A stretch of 64,000 nt of DNA from Balamuthia mandrillaris (Eukaryota). The stretch is taken from contig JAVKOQ020000059.1 of the NCBI GenBank assembly GCA_031835245.2, positions 1 through 64,000 of the forward strand, read 5' to 3'. Shown piece by piece: positions 40,078-52,800 of the stretch (position 1 is its first letter; every line of letters starts with the position of its first letter). Both the position numbers and the translations under genes were made by a program. The notes under the pieces were generated by a model that was given only the letters and a program-made list of their open reading frames with translations, made no database searches and was not told the DNA's origin.

Positions 40078-40683
40078 ATGAGCTTGGCCACTTTCTTGGG
40101 AGAGGTGAAACGCCTGGGATGGAAGGAGAGCATCATACGACTCTATCGCTTTTCGAACCTCAAAGTGGGGTCCACCATGGTCGGCGTGGATCGTATTGGT
40201 AACAAATATTATGAGGCGCCGACAGAAGATTTCAGTGCGTTCACTTTTCAATCTTTCTTCATCACAAAAATTTTTTTTCTGATCTCTCTTTTTTTTTCTT
40301 TCTTCTTCATCTTGTTTTTTTCTTTGTTGTTGGTCTTCTTCTTTGAAAGTTCAAAATCGTTGGGTAGAGTATGCTGATCCCTCCGGTTACGATGCCTCTC
40401 AAGTTCCTCCGGAATGGTGCGGTGTGCCATTCTTTTGTTTTATAATCGTTCTATCGGCTGTTCTTGTTGTTTATCCTAAACGTTTCTCTCTGTGCTTGCA
40501 GGCATGCGTGGTTGCACCACATCACGGACCAACCTCCTACCCCCGACTTGGTTTGGACCTCTTCCTCTCTACTCCCTGCTGTTTTCTTTACCTCTCTTCC
40601 TCTCCTTATCACTCTTCTCTCTCTCTCTCTCTCTCTCTCTCCGCCTCCACTTCTCCTTGCTTTCTCGTTCTTATTCTCTCATT

Positions 40684-40723
<40 letters not shown>

Positions 40724-40950
40724 CCGTACCCTCGCCTCTCTTCCCTTCTATCTTAATGTTATCTCCTTACTTGTATACTTTGCTGCAACAAAAGGATAAA
40801 GACATCATCTACAAAAAGCCACACAAACCAAACAAAACGGGAACGGACCAGGCCTACCATCCCCCTGGCTATCTCTACCACAACAGACGAGTCGATAATG
40901 AAGAAACTATTTGGACTCCTGGCAATAACAAGGAAGTTAGCAGGTCGTGA
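40078..40950 (+). CDS. NDUFA12: NADH:ubiquinone oxidoreductase subunit B17.2
   Basis: Motifs VGVDRIGNKYYE, RWVEYA, ASQVPPEWHAWLHH, PNKTGT.AYHP. Confidence 0.93.
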
Positions 40951-41379
40951 CCTCCGTCCTTCCCCTTTTGTTAGAGGTGATTTGCTCAAACACCACCACC
41001 ATTCCATATTCTGCCATATCACCTGGTTCTCTTTGTGTTTTGTTCATCTTATTATAAAGTGTTGCTCACCTGCCTCAATCTTTATGCCTTGCTGCTGGTG
41101 AGAATCCTCACAAGAGAGGAGAGAGGAGAGAGGAGAGAGGAGAGAGGAGAGAGGAGAGAGAGAGAGAGAGAGAGGAGAGGAGAGAGGAGAGGAGAGAGGA
41201 GAGAGGAGAGAGGAGAGAGGAGAGAGGAGAGAGGAGAGAGGGAGAGAGAGGAGAGAGGAGAGGGAGAGAGAGGAGAGAGGAGAGAGGGGAGGGGAGAGGG
41301 GAGAGGGGAGAGAGGGGAGAGGGGAGAGAGAGAGAAGAAGAAGGGGAGAGAAGAGGGGGGAGAGGGGAGAGGGGAGGAG

Positions 41380-41417
<38 letters not shown>

Positions 41418-42066
41418 TGGGGAGAGACACTTATATGTGTAATCGCCGGTGAGAAGCTCTTTACTCTCTACCCACCGACCTACATGTACTTCTTACCCGA
41501 AAAGAAAAACCTTCGAGTGGCGTCCTATCGCGAACGAACAACAGCAGCATCAACGAACAATAGTTCTCCACACCACTCTTCGTTTGATATTATCGATTCT
41601 GATCCTCCAACATTTGTTCCCTGGATTGCAGTTGACCCCTTTCCGGTCAACAATGAAGAAAGAGAGAAGCAAGAGCGACTTTATCCTCGTTTCAAAAAGG
41701 CCACCCCCTTCCATGTGAGACTTCGACGGGAGAAATGCTTTATTTGCCTTCACTTTGGTATCATTATGTCCGACAAAGAGCCGACGAACGTGGAAGAGTT
41801 ATTGCTGTACTGTTTCAACCCTCTCTCTGCTTCTATCTCCTCCTCCTCCTCCTCCTCCCTCCTCCTCCTCCTCCTCCTCCTCCTCCTCCTCCTCCTCCCC
41901 TCCTCCTCCTCCTCCCCTCCTCCTCCTCCTCCTCCTCCTCCCCTCCTCCTCCCTCCTCCCCCCTCCTCCTCCTCCTCCTCCTCCTCCTCCTCCCTCCTCC
42001 TCCTCCCTCCTCCTCCTCCTCCTCCTCCTCCTCCTCCTCCTCCTCCTCCTCCTCCTCCTCCCTCCT

Positions 42067-42137
<71 letters not shown>

Positions 42138-42843
42138 CTATTATTTTCCTTTTGCCTTGTTTTATTTTTTATTTTTCATTTTTATCATAGGTAAACTTTT
42201 GGTATGCCATGCAATACGATATTAAGTACAACTACTTCAAGGTTATTATTTTCTCTTCCATGGCTTTCTGTTTTCTCGCTTCCTTGCCTCTTGCTATTTC
42301 TGTTCTTCTTATTTTGCAAAAAAACTTCTCAGTTCATTGAGGCACTTATAAACGATGAAGAAGCAAAAGAAAAAGAGGAGGAAGAACATTCAATTTGAGA
42401 GTGAGCCAACTTCTACGTTTGTACTTTGTGTTATGTTGTTTTATTTTTGGTTTATTTATAGTTCATTTTTCTGTTTGTTCCTTAATGTAACTGTGTCCTC
42501 CCTCTCTGCTTCGCTCTCTTCTCTTTATACTTCTTACAGCACTGCCTGACGGGAAGTTATCTCATTAGTAGAAGAGCTCGTTTGGCGCTGTAGACAGCGG
42601 CGATTGTTGCGAGGCAGTTCGCATGCAGGGATGGCAAAAGGCGTGCATAGGGAACGTCGGCCCAGCATCCTGGCTCTCCTCACGAAAAACCGTACCCTTT
42701 CTTTTCTTCTTGCTCTCTATTTTCTTTTCGTGATATGAACAGTTTATATTGTGAAAAGTTGAACTGAACAACATCTCTGTGCTGGTGTGACAAAAGACAA
42801 AGTTACCGCTGCATGCCGTGGTCTTGATTTAACTGGACCGAGT

Positions 42844-43360
42844 TTACTCATCACAAGGACAGTTGTTCCTGGCCCACCTCAGCACCTCCAAGTTCCCACT
42901 TTTGGCTGCACCGGCGCACGTTCGCTTGTCCCAAGGACAGTTGTTCAGCCAGGCCCACCTCAACACCTCCAAGTTCCCACTTCTGGCTGCACCGGCGCAC
43001 GTTCGCTCGTCCCAAGGACAGTTGTTCAGCCAGGCCCACCTCAATACCTCCCTGTTCCCACTTCTGGCTGCACCGGCGCACGTTCGCTCGTCCCAAGGAC
43101 AGTTGTTCAGCCAGGCCCATCTCAACACTTCCAAGTTCCCACTCTTTGCCGCGTAGGCGCAGAGGTCTTCGTTCCAAGCCTCACTTCTGGCGAGTAAAGC
43201 CTTTTTCAGCGCATCCAAGTCGCCGTCCTTTTCAAACGTTTTAAAAAGCTCCTTCACACTTGCCTCCCCCTGCATCGTGTTCCGCAAGTCTGTCCTGTAG
43301 CTCCTTTTGCCTGTGTATCGTAGAACTGCTTCTCCGACAGCACTCGAGAATGGCAGCTTT
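42844..43360 (-). pseudogene. Intronless ankyrin-like repeat ORF or fragment of the type common in amoebal giant viruses
   Basis: Four near-identical 75-bp (25-aa) repeats WDERTCAGAARSGNLEVLRWAWLNNCP; an in-frame stop lies upstream and the ORF ends early. Confidence 0.6.
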
Positions 43361-43947
43361 TATATATTTTGGTATAAAGGCACTGTTGCTACTTTTCGTT
43401 TTCGTGGTCTGGTACTCGCTGAACTCCGGTAATGCCTCGGAAAAGAAATGGTAAGGGAAACGGACAAGCAAAATATGTCCTTGCTATTTCCTGCTTCCTG
43501 TAGCGGTGCGGACCAGGACAGCTTTCAGAGCGGACCGGTTGCTTGTCGGTCCATATTACAGAATGTGTGTGGTCCATAGGAAGGGGTATGCGATGGGGAA
43601 AATCGTAGTAAATTTTGGGTGGGATTGTGAGCTAAATTTTTTGGATTATTTTTCATTGTACCTGGGAGACTACAGAGCTTTTGAAGTCTAGTTCAGCTAG
43701 CCTTTTGGCCTGTATGCCACAAAGAAAACAACGCTCTCTGTGCACTACAGAGTCTTCATCTCTCAAGGGTGTTGCAATGGCCACACCATTGTAAAAGTGG
43801 TTTGTTCCTCTGCTCTATTCTGCTCCACTCTCCTCTCCTCTCCTCTCCTGTTTGTTTCTTTGTATTTCTTTCATGTCTTTTTTTCCTTTCTTTTAACTTT
43901 TCTTTTTATTTGTTAAATGGCAAAGATGAGAAAGGATGGAGGACTGT

Positions 43948-44056
43948 CATCGCCATCGCCATCGCCATCGCCATCGCCATCGCCATCGCCATCGCCATCG
44001 CCATCGCCATCGCCATCGCCATCGCCATCGCCATCGCCATCGCCATCGCCATCGTC
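43948..44056. repeat. (CATCGC)n hexanucleotide microsatellite
   Basis: Visible directly. Confidence 0.95.
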
Positions 44057-44378
44057 ATCAGTGGTGGAGTTGAAGTGCTTGTGCTGTTATTTCATGTGCA
44101 TATGGTGTCTTGCTATCTCTCCCTTCAAACTGTGCTCCAGCCTCTGTTGTGCACGCTACATGTGTGCATATAAATGGCGGAGCTTGGCTCTGTACTGCTG
44201 CATGGTTCTTTTGCTCTTCAGATGTGTGAATTTCTATTTCTTCGTTACAAAAAAAAGTTAGCGGCCAAAAATGCCGTGACCCCCCATGCTGGACCCTCAT
44301 ACCATCTGCAAGAGCGGCGGAGAGAGAAGTAATAGTGCAAGGTCGTCCTGAATGTATCAAAAGAAAAGCAAAAAAAAG

Positions 44379-44829
44379 ATGAATGAAACAGGAGTACGGC
44401 AGTTGTTGTTGCGGCTGTGCACCAGCGGCAGCAACACGACCGCCGAAGCTACCAACCAGGAGAAGCAACAGCAGGAAGTACGTCTAGCAAGAGAGCTGCT
44501 GCAACGGGTCTCGTCTACCAACGTAGTTTCGAGCCAAAACACTGGCGACGTGGGAAACACCCTCCTGATGGTGGCTGCCGCTCATGGGAAGCATTGGCTC
44601 CTCCCTCTATTCGTGGAAGCACCCACCGGGATGGACGTAGACCACACTAACATCAATGGCGACACTGGTTCTCTATTTGCCATTCTTCCTCCTTCTTTTC
44701 TTCTGCTTCTTGCTTCTCCTTATTCTTCACTCTTCTCTCTTCTCTCTTCACTTTTCTCTCTTCTCTCTTCTCCCTTCTTCTTCTCTCCTCTCTCCTCTCT
44801 CTTCTGTCTTCTCTCCTCTCTCCTCTCTC

Positions 44830-44869
<40 letters not shown>

Positions 44870-46500
44870 TCTTCTTCTTGTTCTTCTTCTTCTTCTGTTT
44901 CACTCATTTCTCAAACACTTCTCATATGTGCACAACAGCGTTGATGTTTGGGTGCATGGCAGGTCATGAGCAAGCTGTGCACGAGCTGCTTCGTATGGGC
45001 GCGGATCCCACGCGGCGCAACAAGAGCGGGCTGACCACTCTCATGTGCGTCTGCAACTGCAGCTCCGAACGCAGCCTCGACCTCGCCAAAACGTTGCTCC
45101 ACCACCTGAAGGAGTGGAAGACGGAAGAGGATGATGGAGAAAGAGGAGGAGGAGGAGAGCACCTTTCTCGACGCATCATCAACGCGCAAGACCGTAACGG
45201 CAACACGGCGATGCACTTTGCTGTTCGTCGTAGGAACGTTGCGTTGGTGCAACTGTTATTGGAACATGGCTCGGACCTCTCTCTCCGTGACTTGCATCAG
45301 CGAACGGCTCTGGACGTGGCTCAACAGTTGGTGCAAGCAGAAGGGGCAGAAAATGCAAGAGACAAAGAAAAAGGTAGACGTAGAGAAGACAAAGAAGAAA
45401 TGGCAGAAGAGCAGATTATTGCGTTGCTGAAACGAAAGTGGGCTGAACTGGAGGCGAAAGCGGAACAAGCCAGCTTGTCGGTGATGAAGGGACATTTAAC
45501 AGATGCAACAGCAACGACAGCAACAAAGAAGAAGAAGAATCGTGGGAAGAACCAAAAGAGGAAACAAACTCGAGAATCGTTGCAGAAGAGGGAAGCAAGT
45601 GGTAATGAAGAGAAGAAAGAAGATGAAGGTGAAGACGCAACAAATGAACAAATGCACAAAACAAACAAAACGGAAGAAGATGAAAAATGCGAAGACAGGA
45701 CGCGGCCCGAAACGAACAAACAAAAGACCGATGCAAATGAAGAAGAGCGAGGAAAAGAGCAAGCAGCATCAGCGACAAATCACGATTGGGAGATTGTGGC
45801 GCGGAGAAAGAAAGCAAGCAAGCGAATGAATGCAACCAACACTAAAAACACTCAGCGCACTGAAAAAGATAGAGACATTGAAAAAGAAGAGCTTAACAGA
45901 ATGCTTCGACAAGAACGACAAAGAAGAAGCGAGTTAGAGCAACAAGTATTGTCTCTCCAGACAAACCTCAAAGAGATGGAGACACAGCTACAGAAAGTTA
46001 ATCAGTCTTCTCTGCTATCTTCCTCCTCGCCCGCTTCATCGTTGCATGCAGATGAAATGATAAACAAGAAGCATCTTAAAGACAAACTGGCAAGTCTTCA
46101 TCCTCAAGCAAAAGGTATGTAACAACCGTTCTGCTTTTGAATTTTTGTTTTTTTCCTCCAAACGAACAAAATAACATGAAACAAATATAAAGACTTGGAC
46201 CTTCGGCTGAGTCATCTGTTAGGCATAGGAACGGAGGAGCTGAGCGCGGCGCAATTGTCCGCTCTCAAAGGGATACACAAACAATCGGCCAAACAGCTCA
46301 CCGGCCTGAAGAAGGCCCACAAACTCAAACAACAATCCTTGTGGGAGGAGGAGCGGATCGCTTTGCAGCAGGAGCTGCTTCGAATAGCATCTACGATGAC
46401 CCTGGAAGATCGAAATCAACCACAAGAACAAGAACAACAACGACAAGATAGCGACAGCGTTTATTGCCTCTCCTCTTCTTCTTCTTCTTCGTTCTGGTGA
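44379..46500 (+). CDS. Ankyrin-repeat protein with charged coiled-coil C-terminus
   Basis: GNTLLMVAAAHG, GDT-ALMFGC, GNTAMHFAV, RTALDVA; two introns. Confidence 0.85.
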
Positions 46501-46848
46501 ATCCAAAAAAAAAAAAGAGATGAGAGAGGATACGAGAGAGGATAGGAGAAACGACATGAGAGAAAAAGTAAAAATATTCGAAGAAAAATTTAGACGTCGA
46601 CAATAAAAAATAAAGGGATAAAGAAAGGAGAAAAGAAGAAGAGTAGAAGAGCGTACATTGTAGTGGAAAACAAGAGAGAGAGGGAGGGAGAGAAGAAGAG
46701 TTTGAAAAAAAAAAAAAAACAGAGGAAGAGAGTTTTGTTCAAACGGTGGAAGCAGAAAAAAAAACCAACCCGTTTTTGTTTGTTTGATTGATCTTATGGT
46801 TTTTGCTCGGCGCCCCGTCGCCCACAGCTTGTAGCAATTGTAATAACG

Positions 46849-49800
46849 ATGATGCAACAACCGTTGGAGGAGGCGAGAGCGTTGGAGGCGATCATGAAGG
46901 CCTTTCGGGAGGAAGACTTTAGGGAGCAAGAGGCCGACTTGCAGCGTCTCGGCAAAGCCTTTGACAAGGTGATTCAACGGCCAGAGCTGCTCCTCAAAAG
47001 CGCTGAGCTTAACCAATTATTCACTGAGGTTTGCATCGACCCGCTTTCTTGCTGAAGCAATACTGATGTAACTATTACTACTCCTTCTACTTCTCCTTCT
47101 CCTTCGTCATTGTTGCTGCAGAGCGTAAACCAACTGCAAGGATCTGATGTGGAGTGGAAGGTCTCCTTCAAGTCGCCCGGGTTCTACTTCCTGCTGTTGC
47201 ACTGCGACAAGAGGGTGCGCGCCTGGGCGAGTGGCATGGTCGAAGACAAGCTTGGCCTTGTGTCCCCTGAGGAGTGGCCCATAGTGCTACCTACCTTACA
47301 GAGAGCCATGGGTAACCTTCTTCCATTTCTGTTGTTTCTTGTCGTTTCTTTCTTGCTTTCTTTCTTTCCATTTCTACTTTCTCTCATTCTTTCTCTCATT
47401 CTTTCTCTATCTGGATTGATCTGTCATTCTAAAACATTCTATTTGCTTACATCAACAGAGGTGTTAGAGTTTGGGATGCTTGACATGGTGGAGGAGGGAA
47501 CATCCCAAGTTTTTGCTAATGTATTCACACACGAACGTGAACCGTTTTGGGAGGGCTTGCACAAGCTGCTTCAACGTTTAGACGCTGGCACAATACGGGA
47601 ATGCTTTGTGAAGGCTTTTCCTGGTATTCATATACTTCCAATGAATGAGCGAGAGAAGGGCGAGAGAGAGAGAGAGAGAGAGAGAGCAACAGGTAATGGA
47701 CTGACACATTTTGTTATTTTTCAAAGGGTTCTTTGAAATAGCGTTCAACCATCTGTCGTATACATTTATTTATTGTCTGAAGTGCATGCAAGTACTTGCT
47801 GACGCCTTAGGTATTTTTCTCTCTTCTTGCGAAAAGAGGACATTCTATCATTATATTCTCATCTCTTTTATGTTCTAATTCTCTTTTATTACTCTTGGTT
47901 TCTTTTCTCTTTTCTTTCTGATCTTTCAATAAAAGGATACTTTGTATGGATTGAACATGCGGTTACGGCAACTTCTGTTCGCGACATCACTCTTAGCTAC
48001 TGCGTCGGTGCTGCTGCCGATGACACAACGTTCTTTGCATGTTTGGAGTTCTTACACCCGTTTCTTCGGTCGTTGGTGGCCTTTGAAACGGCGTTTGTGC
48101 TGGAGGTGGACCACATTATTAACGTTTTCAATGAGAAAGTCCTAAATTCCTCTCAATTTTCGGAACGAGCGAAGCATGTTGCTATCAAGCATATTTTTCA
48201 GTTTATCCTTTTGAGGTGCGCTGCCTCTCTAGCTTCTTTTTTTTTCCTATGCTCGATTCGTTCATATGCTGTTGTCTCGTTTGCTTTTTATTTTCTCCCT
48301 ACGCCTTCATCTTCTTTTCTCTATTCCATTAAAAGGAAATACTGACCATTTTACGTTTATCAGTTTTTCAAGTACTCCTCCTCAACTTCCGTTGGGTTCG
48401 CTTCCAATATGGGGACCCTTACTCGTCACATCGGTCTGCTGCTCCACAGAAGAGAGTCTTTCGGAGGTGGCCGTGCAACTGCTTCGCAAAATCATCCTTT
48501 CTGATATCACAAACTTGCGACAATATTTCTTTGACCATCTTGTACAGCTTGAGCAAAGTCAAGACGACAACGGGAAAGTGGACCCACAGCTGCGAATAGA
48601 GTTGGCGAGGAAGTTGGACGTGAATCCGATGCGAGGCTTTGTTTGGTGCGCAGAAGTGTGGAACACTTTACTTCCCGTTGGGCATGACGATCAACAAGAC
48701 TCTTCAGGAGGAGGAGCCACAGAATACCCCAATAACCTTAGCAGCAACAATAGTATCAACAACGAAGAAATAGCTCAACGGATCTTGCACATGCCATTTC
48801 CTCTGCACGTGCAATTGCTTTGCACCTTCAATGATGTGGCCCTATTGGATAGCAAACACTTGACTTGTCTGCATGATGTAGAGCAGGAGGACCCTTTGTC
48901 TATGCACGAGAGTGACCGGAGATGTGGAGAGACTCTGGTGCGGTATCGTGAGCGGATGGCCAATTATCTTTCGTATCTGCGGTTGAGTTCGGACCTGGTT
49001 AGAGAGCTGCTGAACTGTACGAACGTGGTCTATGCGTTATTCTCGTTTCTGGTCAGTCCGGAGCGAAAGGTCCGTTTTCAAATGGAAGCTCTCCTGAAAA
49101 GGTGCGTGTTTTTATTAGTGTTGTTTTTTGTTGCATTGTTTTATTTGACCAATATGTAATAGTCGAGGTGGAGGACTTATTATGGACACGTTGAAAATGT
49201 TAGTGTCTACCTATTCACTGCCCCTGGTAGAAGGCATTCGCGACGTTCTTCGTGACGTTATAATGGTGAAGTACTTTTACTGTACATTATAAAGAAAATC
49301 ACGCTAATCTGTTTGAACTGATAAAAGGTTGGCGTATCAGCTTGCTACGACTCTTGGCAGCATTTGTTTCTCTTCATAGACAAGCTGCTACCTATTATTC
49401 AAGAGCACGCAAGTGGAAAAGACAAAGAGGAGAAGCTGGCTATCAACAACGCCATGGAAGAGATTTACCGTTTGTTAGCAGAAACAACTGAAGATATAAT
49501 TGCTAATTCTCAAGTAAATCCGATAATCTCTCTCTCCCTCTCTCTCCTCTTTCTCTCTCTCTCTCTCATCTTTATTTAATTCCTTTGCTTGTGAACTATA
49601 GTTCTTTGCGGAAGAGCCCACCTACGAGTTGACGCTAAGTGAATTCTTAGAATTCTTTCAAAAGCATGGCAGCAAGCTGCTTGTTCACACTATGCCCTCT
49701 ATCAAAGACACGTCGGAGGAAGAAGAGGAGGAAGCGCCAGAACGCACAATCGCCATGCTGGAGCGCCATTCCTCGTGGTTTCCATCCTTTTTCGAGTTGG

Positions 49801-52800
49801 CAACCAACAGGAATCACGTCATTAATGCTCGCTGGTTTGCTTGCCTTATCGTGATTTTGATAGGTTTGCTACTGCAGCTCTTTATTTTTCTTCATTGTTT
49901 TCCCCATTACATTTCTGTATTTGTTTGTGGCAGAATTACGGAGGCATGAAATGGAGCTACATGAGACTTACAGAGCGGCGTGCATCCACATGCTGCAAGA
50001 CGGTTCTTTGAACGACACACAAGCTCTACAGTTGGCGGAGTTCTTCCCAGGCGCGGTTGGCACTCTTGGGTTAAAATGGAACATGCGTGAACTACCAAGT
50101 TCTTCTGATAGTCAGCAGCGGATATCTCCTCTTACCATTTCTTCTTTGTCATCGTCGTCATCATCACCATCTTCTTCTTTCTCATCTTTAGCTTCTCCCG
50201 GTTTCTCTGTAACCTCTGCTCCTGCTCCTTCAACGATTGAAGCTCCGTCATCACTGCTTGTTACAGTACCAAAGGAGGTGACCCCATTCAAACAAACGCT
50301 TTCTTCACCAAAACAAAAAGATTCCAAGCAGCAAACCATTCCCTCTATGTTTCAAGCAGTGCAAAGAAATCCTTATACTTCGTTTCCATCATCTGGTAGC
50401 TCTTCTTCTCAGTCTTCTTTATCTTCCTCTTCCTCTTCCTCTTCCTCTTCCTCGTCATTTTCTTCTTCTCTTGCTTCTTTGGCATCAACACCTTCTACCT
50501 CGTCTCTCGCTCCTCCTTCGCTTGGAGCAAGCAAGAAGAAAACGCCAACGTCTACAAAAACGACTGACAGCAAGACAGACATTGGTTGGAACTATGGGTG
50601 GGGTGTAAAATATGAACAGCTTAACGCAGGCAATACTTCATCACCGTCGTCATCAACACCCAAATTGTCGTCTTCATCCTCAACCTCATCTACTGTAATC
50701 GATTCTAATTTTCACTTTGACCAATTCGCCAAGTGGCAAAAGAAAAAGCCAAAATCTACCTCCTTGTCCTCCACCTCTTCCTCATCTTCTTCCTCCTCAT
50801 CTAAAGCTGCAGCTTCTCTTAAAACAACAGCAGCTCGTCCTGCTTTACCAAAATCAAGTCTAAAGAACAAAGAGCTTCGTCTCCTTCGCGGAAACGCCAG
50901 ATCTATCGCTGCTGCCCGACGGGGACAAGGGCATGTACAGACACAAGGAGGAAGCTCTCGATGGGCTATGACGAGGAGCATGCTTCAAAATCGTCAAACT
51001 TCTTCCTCTAAATGGCACCCCGACTCCTACTTGGACGAGACGGAGGAACTACAGCAGGTTCATGGCAGACAGTTGTTGAAAGAAGTGACGGCGGAGCACA
51101 TACACAACAGGGAGAGAGAGAAGACACAGATGATAGGGTCCCATGCCACATCCTACAGCAGACAAGCTAAGGTGATAGAGCTGTCAAACGTTACTGCTAG
51201 TTCTGTTTTGCAGCAAAGACGGTACATGGAGGAACAGCAGCTGGCTAAGCAGATGATGGCCCCTCCTTTGACACTTTTGCACGATAAGGTTCTTTGTTGG
51301 GACTACTTTCACTTAGAACAAGAGGTAGGTTTCTGGCTTTTCTTCGCCTGCCTTTCTTTTTGTCAAAAAACTCAATCTTATCATAATGTCGTACGAAGGA
51401 ACGACCTATTACAGCAAAGGTGCCGATTCATTTTGAGTCGGTGGCTCAATACAAAAGTACGTTTCTGCCGTTGTTATTGGAAGAGTTCAGAGCATCGCTG
51501 CAACAGGAGAAAACAGAGAATGCCCACCCAGAAGTACGTCAAATGAGGGTAGTGCAACTGTCCCGAGTGGATAATTATCACATGGTCCATGTTCAACGTC
51601 CTTTGGATTCCACCGTTAACCTGAACGAGTTTTTGGAAAACGACGTGATGCTCATTTGCAATACGGTTCTTTTTTCTTTTTCTTTTGCTTTTTGTTAGTC
51701 TCTCACAAGTATCTTTCTTTATAGAGTTATGCACCTGATAAGAGTGGGCTCCACATTTTAGGAATTGTGGAAAAGAAAGAGGTATACAGAAAGGAAGCGC
51801 TTGAAATCTTGCATATCAAGTTGAGCGCATCACACCCTCGTGGTAGGATGATTCACTCGTGGTTGCGCGAAAACAGTGTTTATCCTTTGCAAAAGGTACC
51901 GTTGTTATTCCTTTGTTTGTTACTGTGTGTAGACTTAAATATCAAACCAAACAAAAAAGGTAGGGCGCATTAGCACCACAAACAGAGAGTATCAAGCATT
52001 ACAAGCAATGCAATACTTTACTTTGAGCCCAGTCATCCTTAATCCACTCGCTACTCGACCCACTCAATCCAACTACGATGGTAGCCCCTCCCGCGTGTTG
52101 CCTTCACGATTGAAAGCCGTGTTTGAGCAAGCTTTCAATCCATCCCAATTGGTTGCCATTGAGGTACGTTTTTGAATTAAAACCCACACTTACTCCACTT
52201 TTTCGTTGTTTTAACAATTCTCTTCCTTGTTGAATGGTACCCACAGCAATCGTTGGCCGCTTTGGACGAATTTGTGCTGTTGCAAGGCCCACCTGGTATT
52301 CCATCTTGCTCTCTTGTGCGCTTAATGTTTCGTCTAACTCTACCGCAAATAAAGGTACAGGAAAAACAAGAACGATTCAGGGCCTGATAAGCGCTCTGCT
52401 CGCCACAAACACTGAGGAAATGGACAAAAATCAGAAAGCCATTCTTGTTTGTGCTCCCTCAAATGCAGCGGTTGATGAGATATGCCTGCGGTTATGTGCC
52501 TCTGGTGTGTGGAATGCTCAGGGGCAACTGGTGAGACCCAACATGGTTCGCTTTGGTGTTGGCAGCTCTGCCAACCCTGCTCTGCAGGACATCAGCATCG
52601 AGAATCTCTTAGAACAAAGATTTCAAACCAAAATAGTGGATGCGGAGTTTCGAGCTTATATCCTTTCTATTTTTCTTTCATCTTTTATCTTTCCTTGCTT
52701 ATCCCTGCTTTCTCCTTTTTGCTTGATTCTTTCCTGGATGTGATGCCTTGACTTATCCCGACTTCACCTCGCGAGAGTATTCTTCAAGAGATCAACTCTA

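Noticed and set aside
41035..42225. ORFs across GA- and CCT-rich tracts, including 41484-42194
   Set aside because: Mostly microsatellite; the unique part has no recognisable motif or convincing exon structure.
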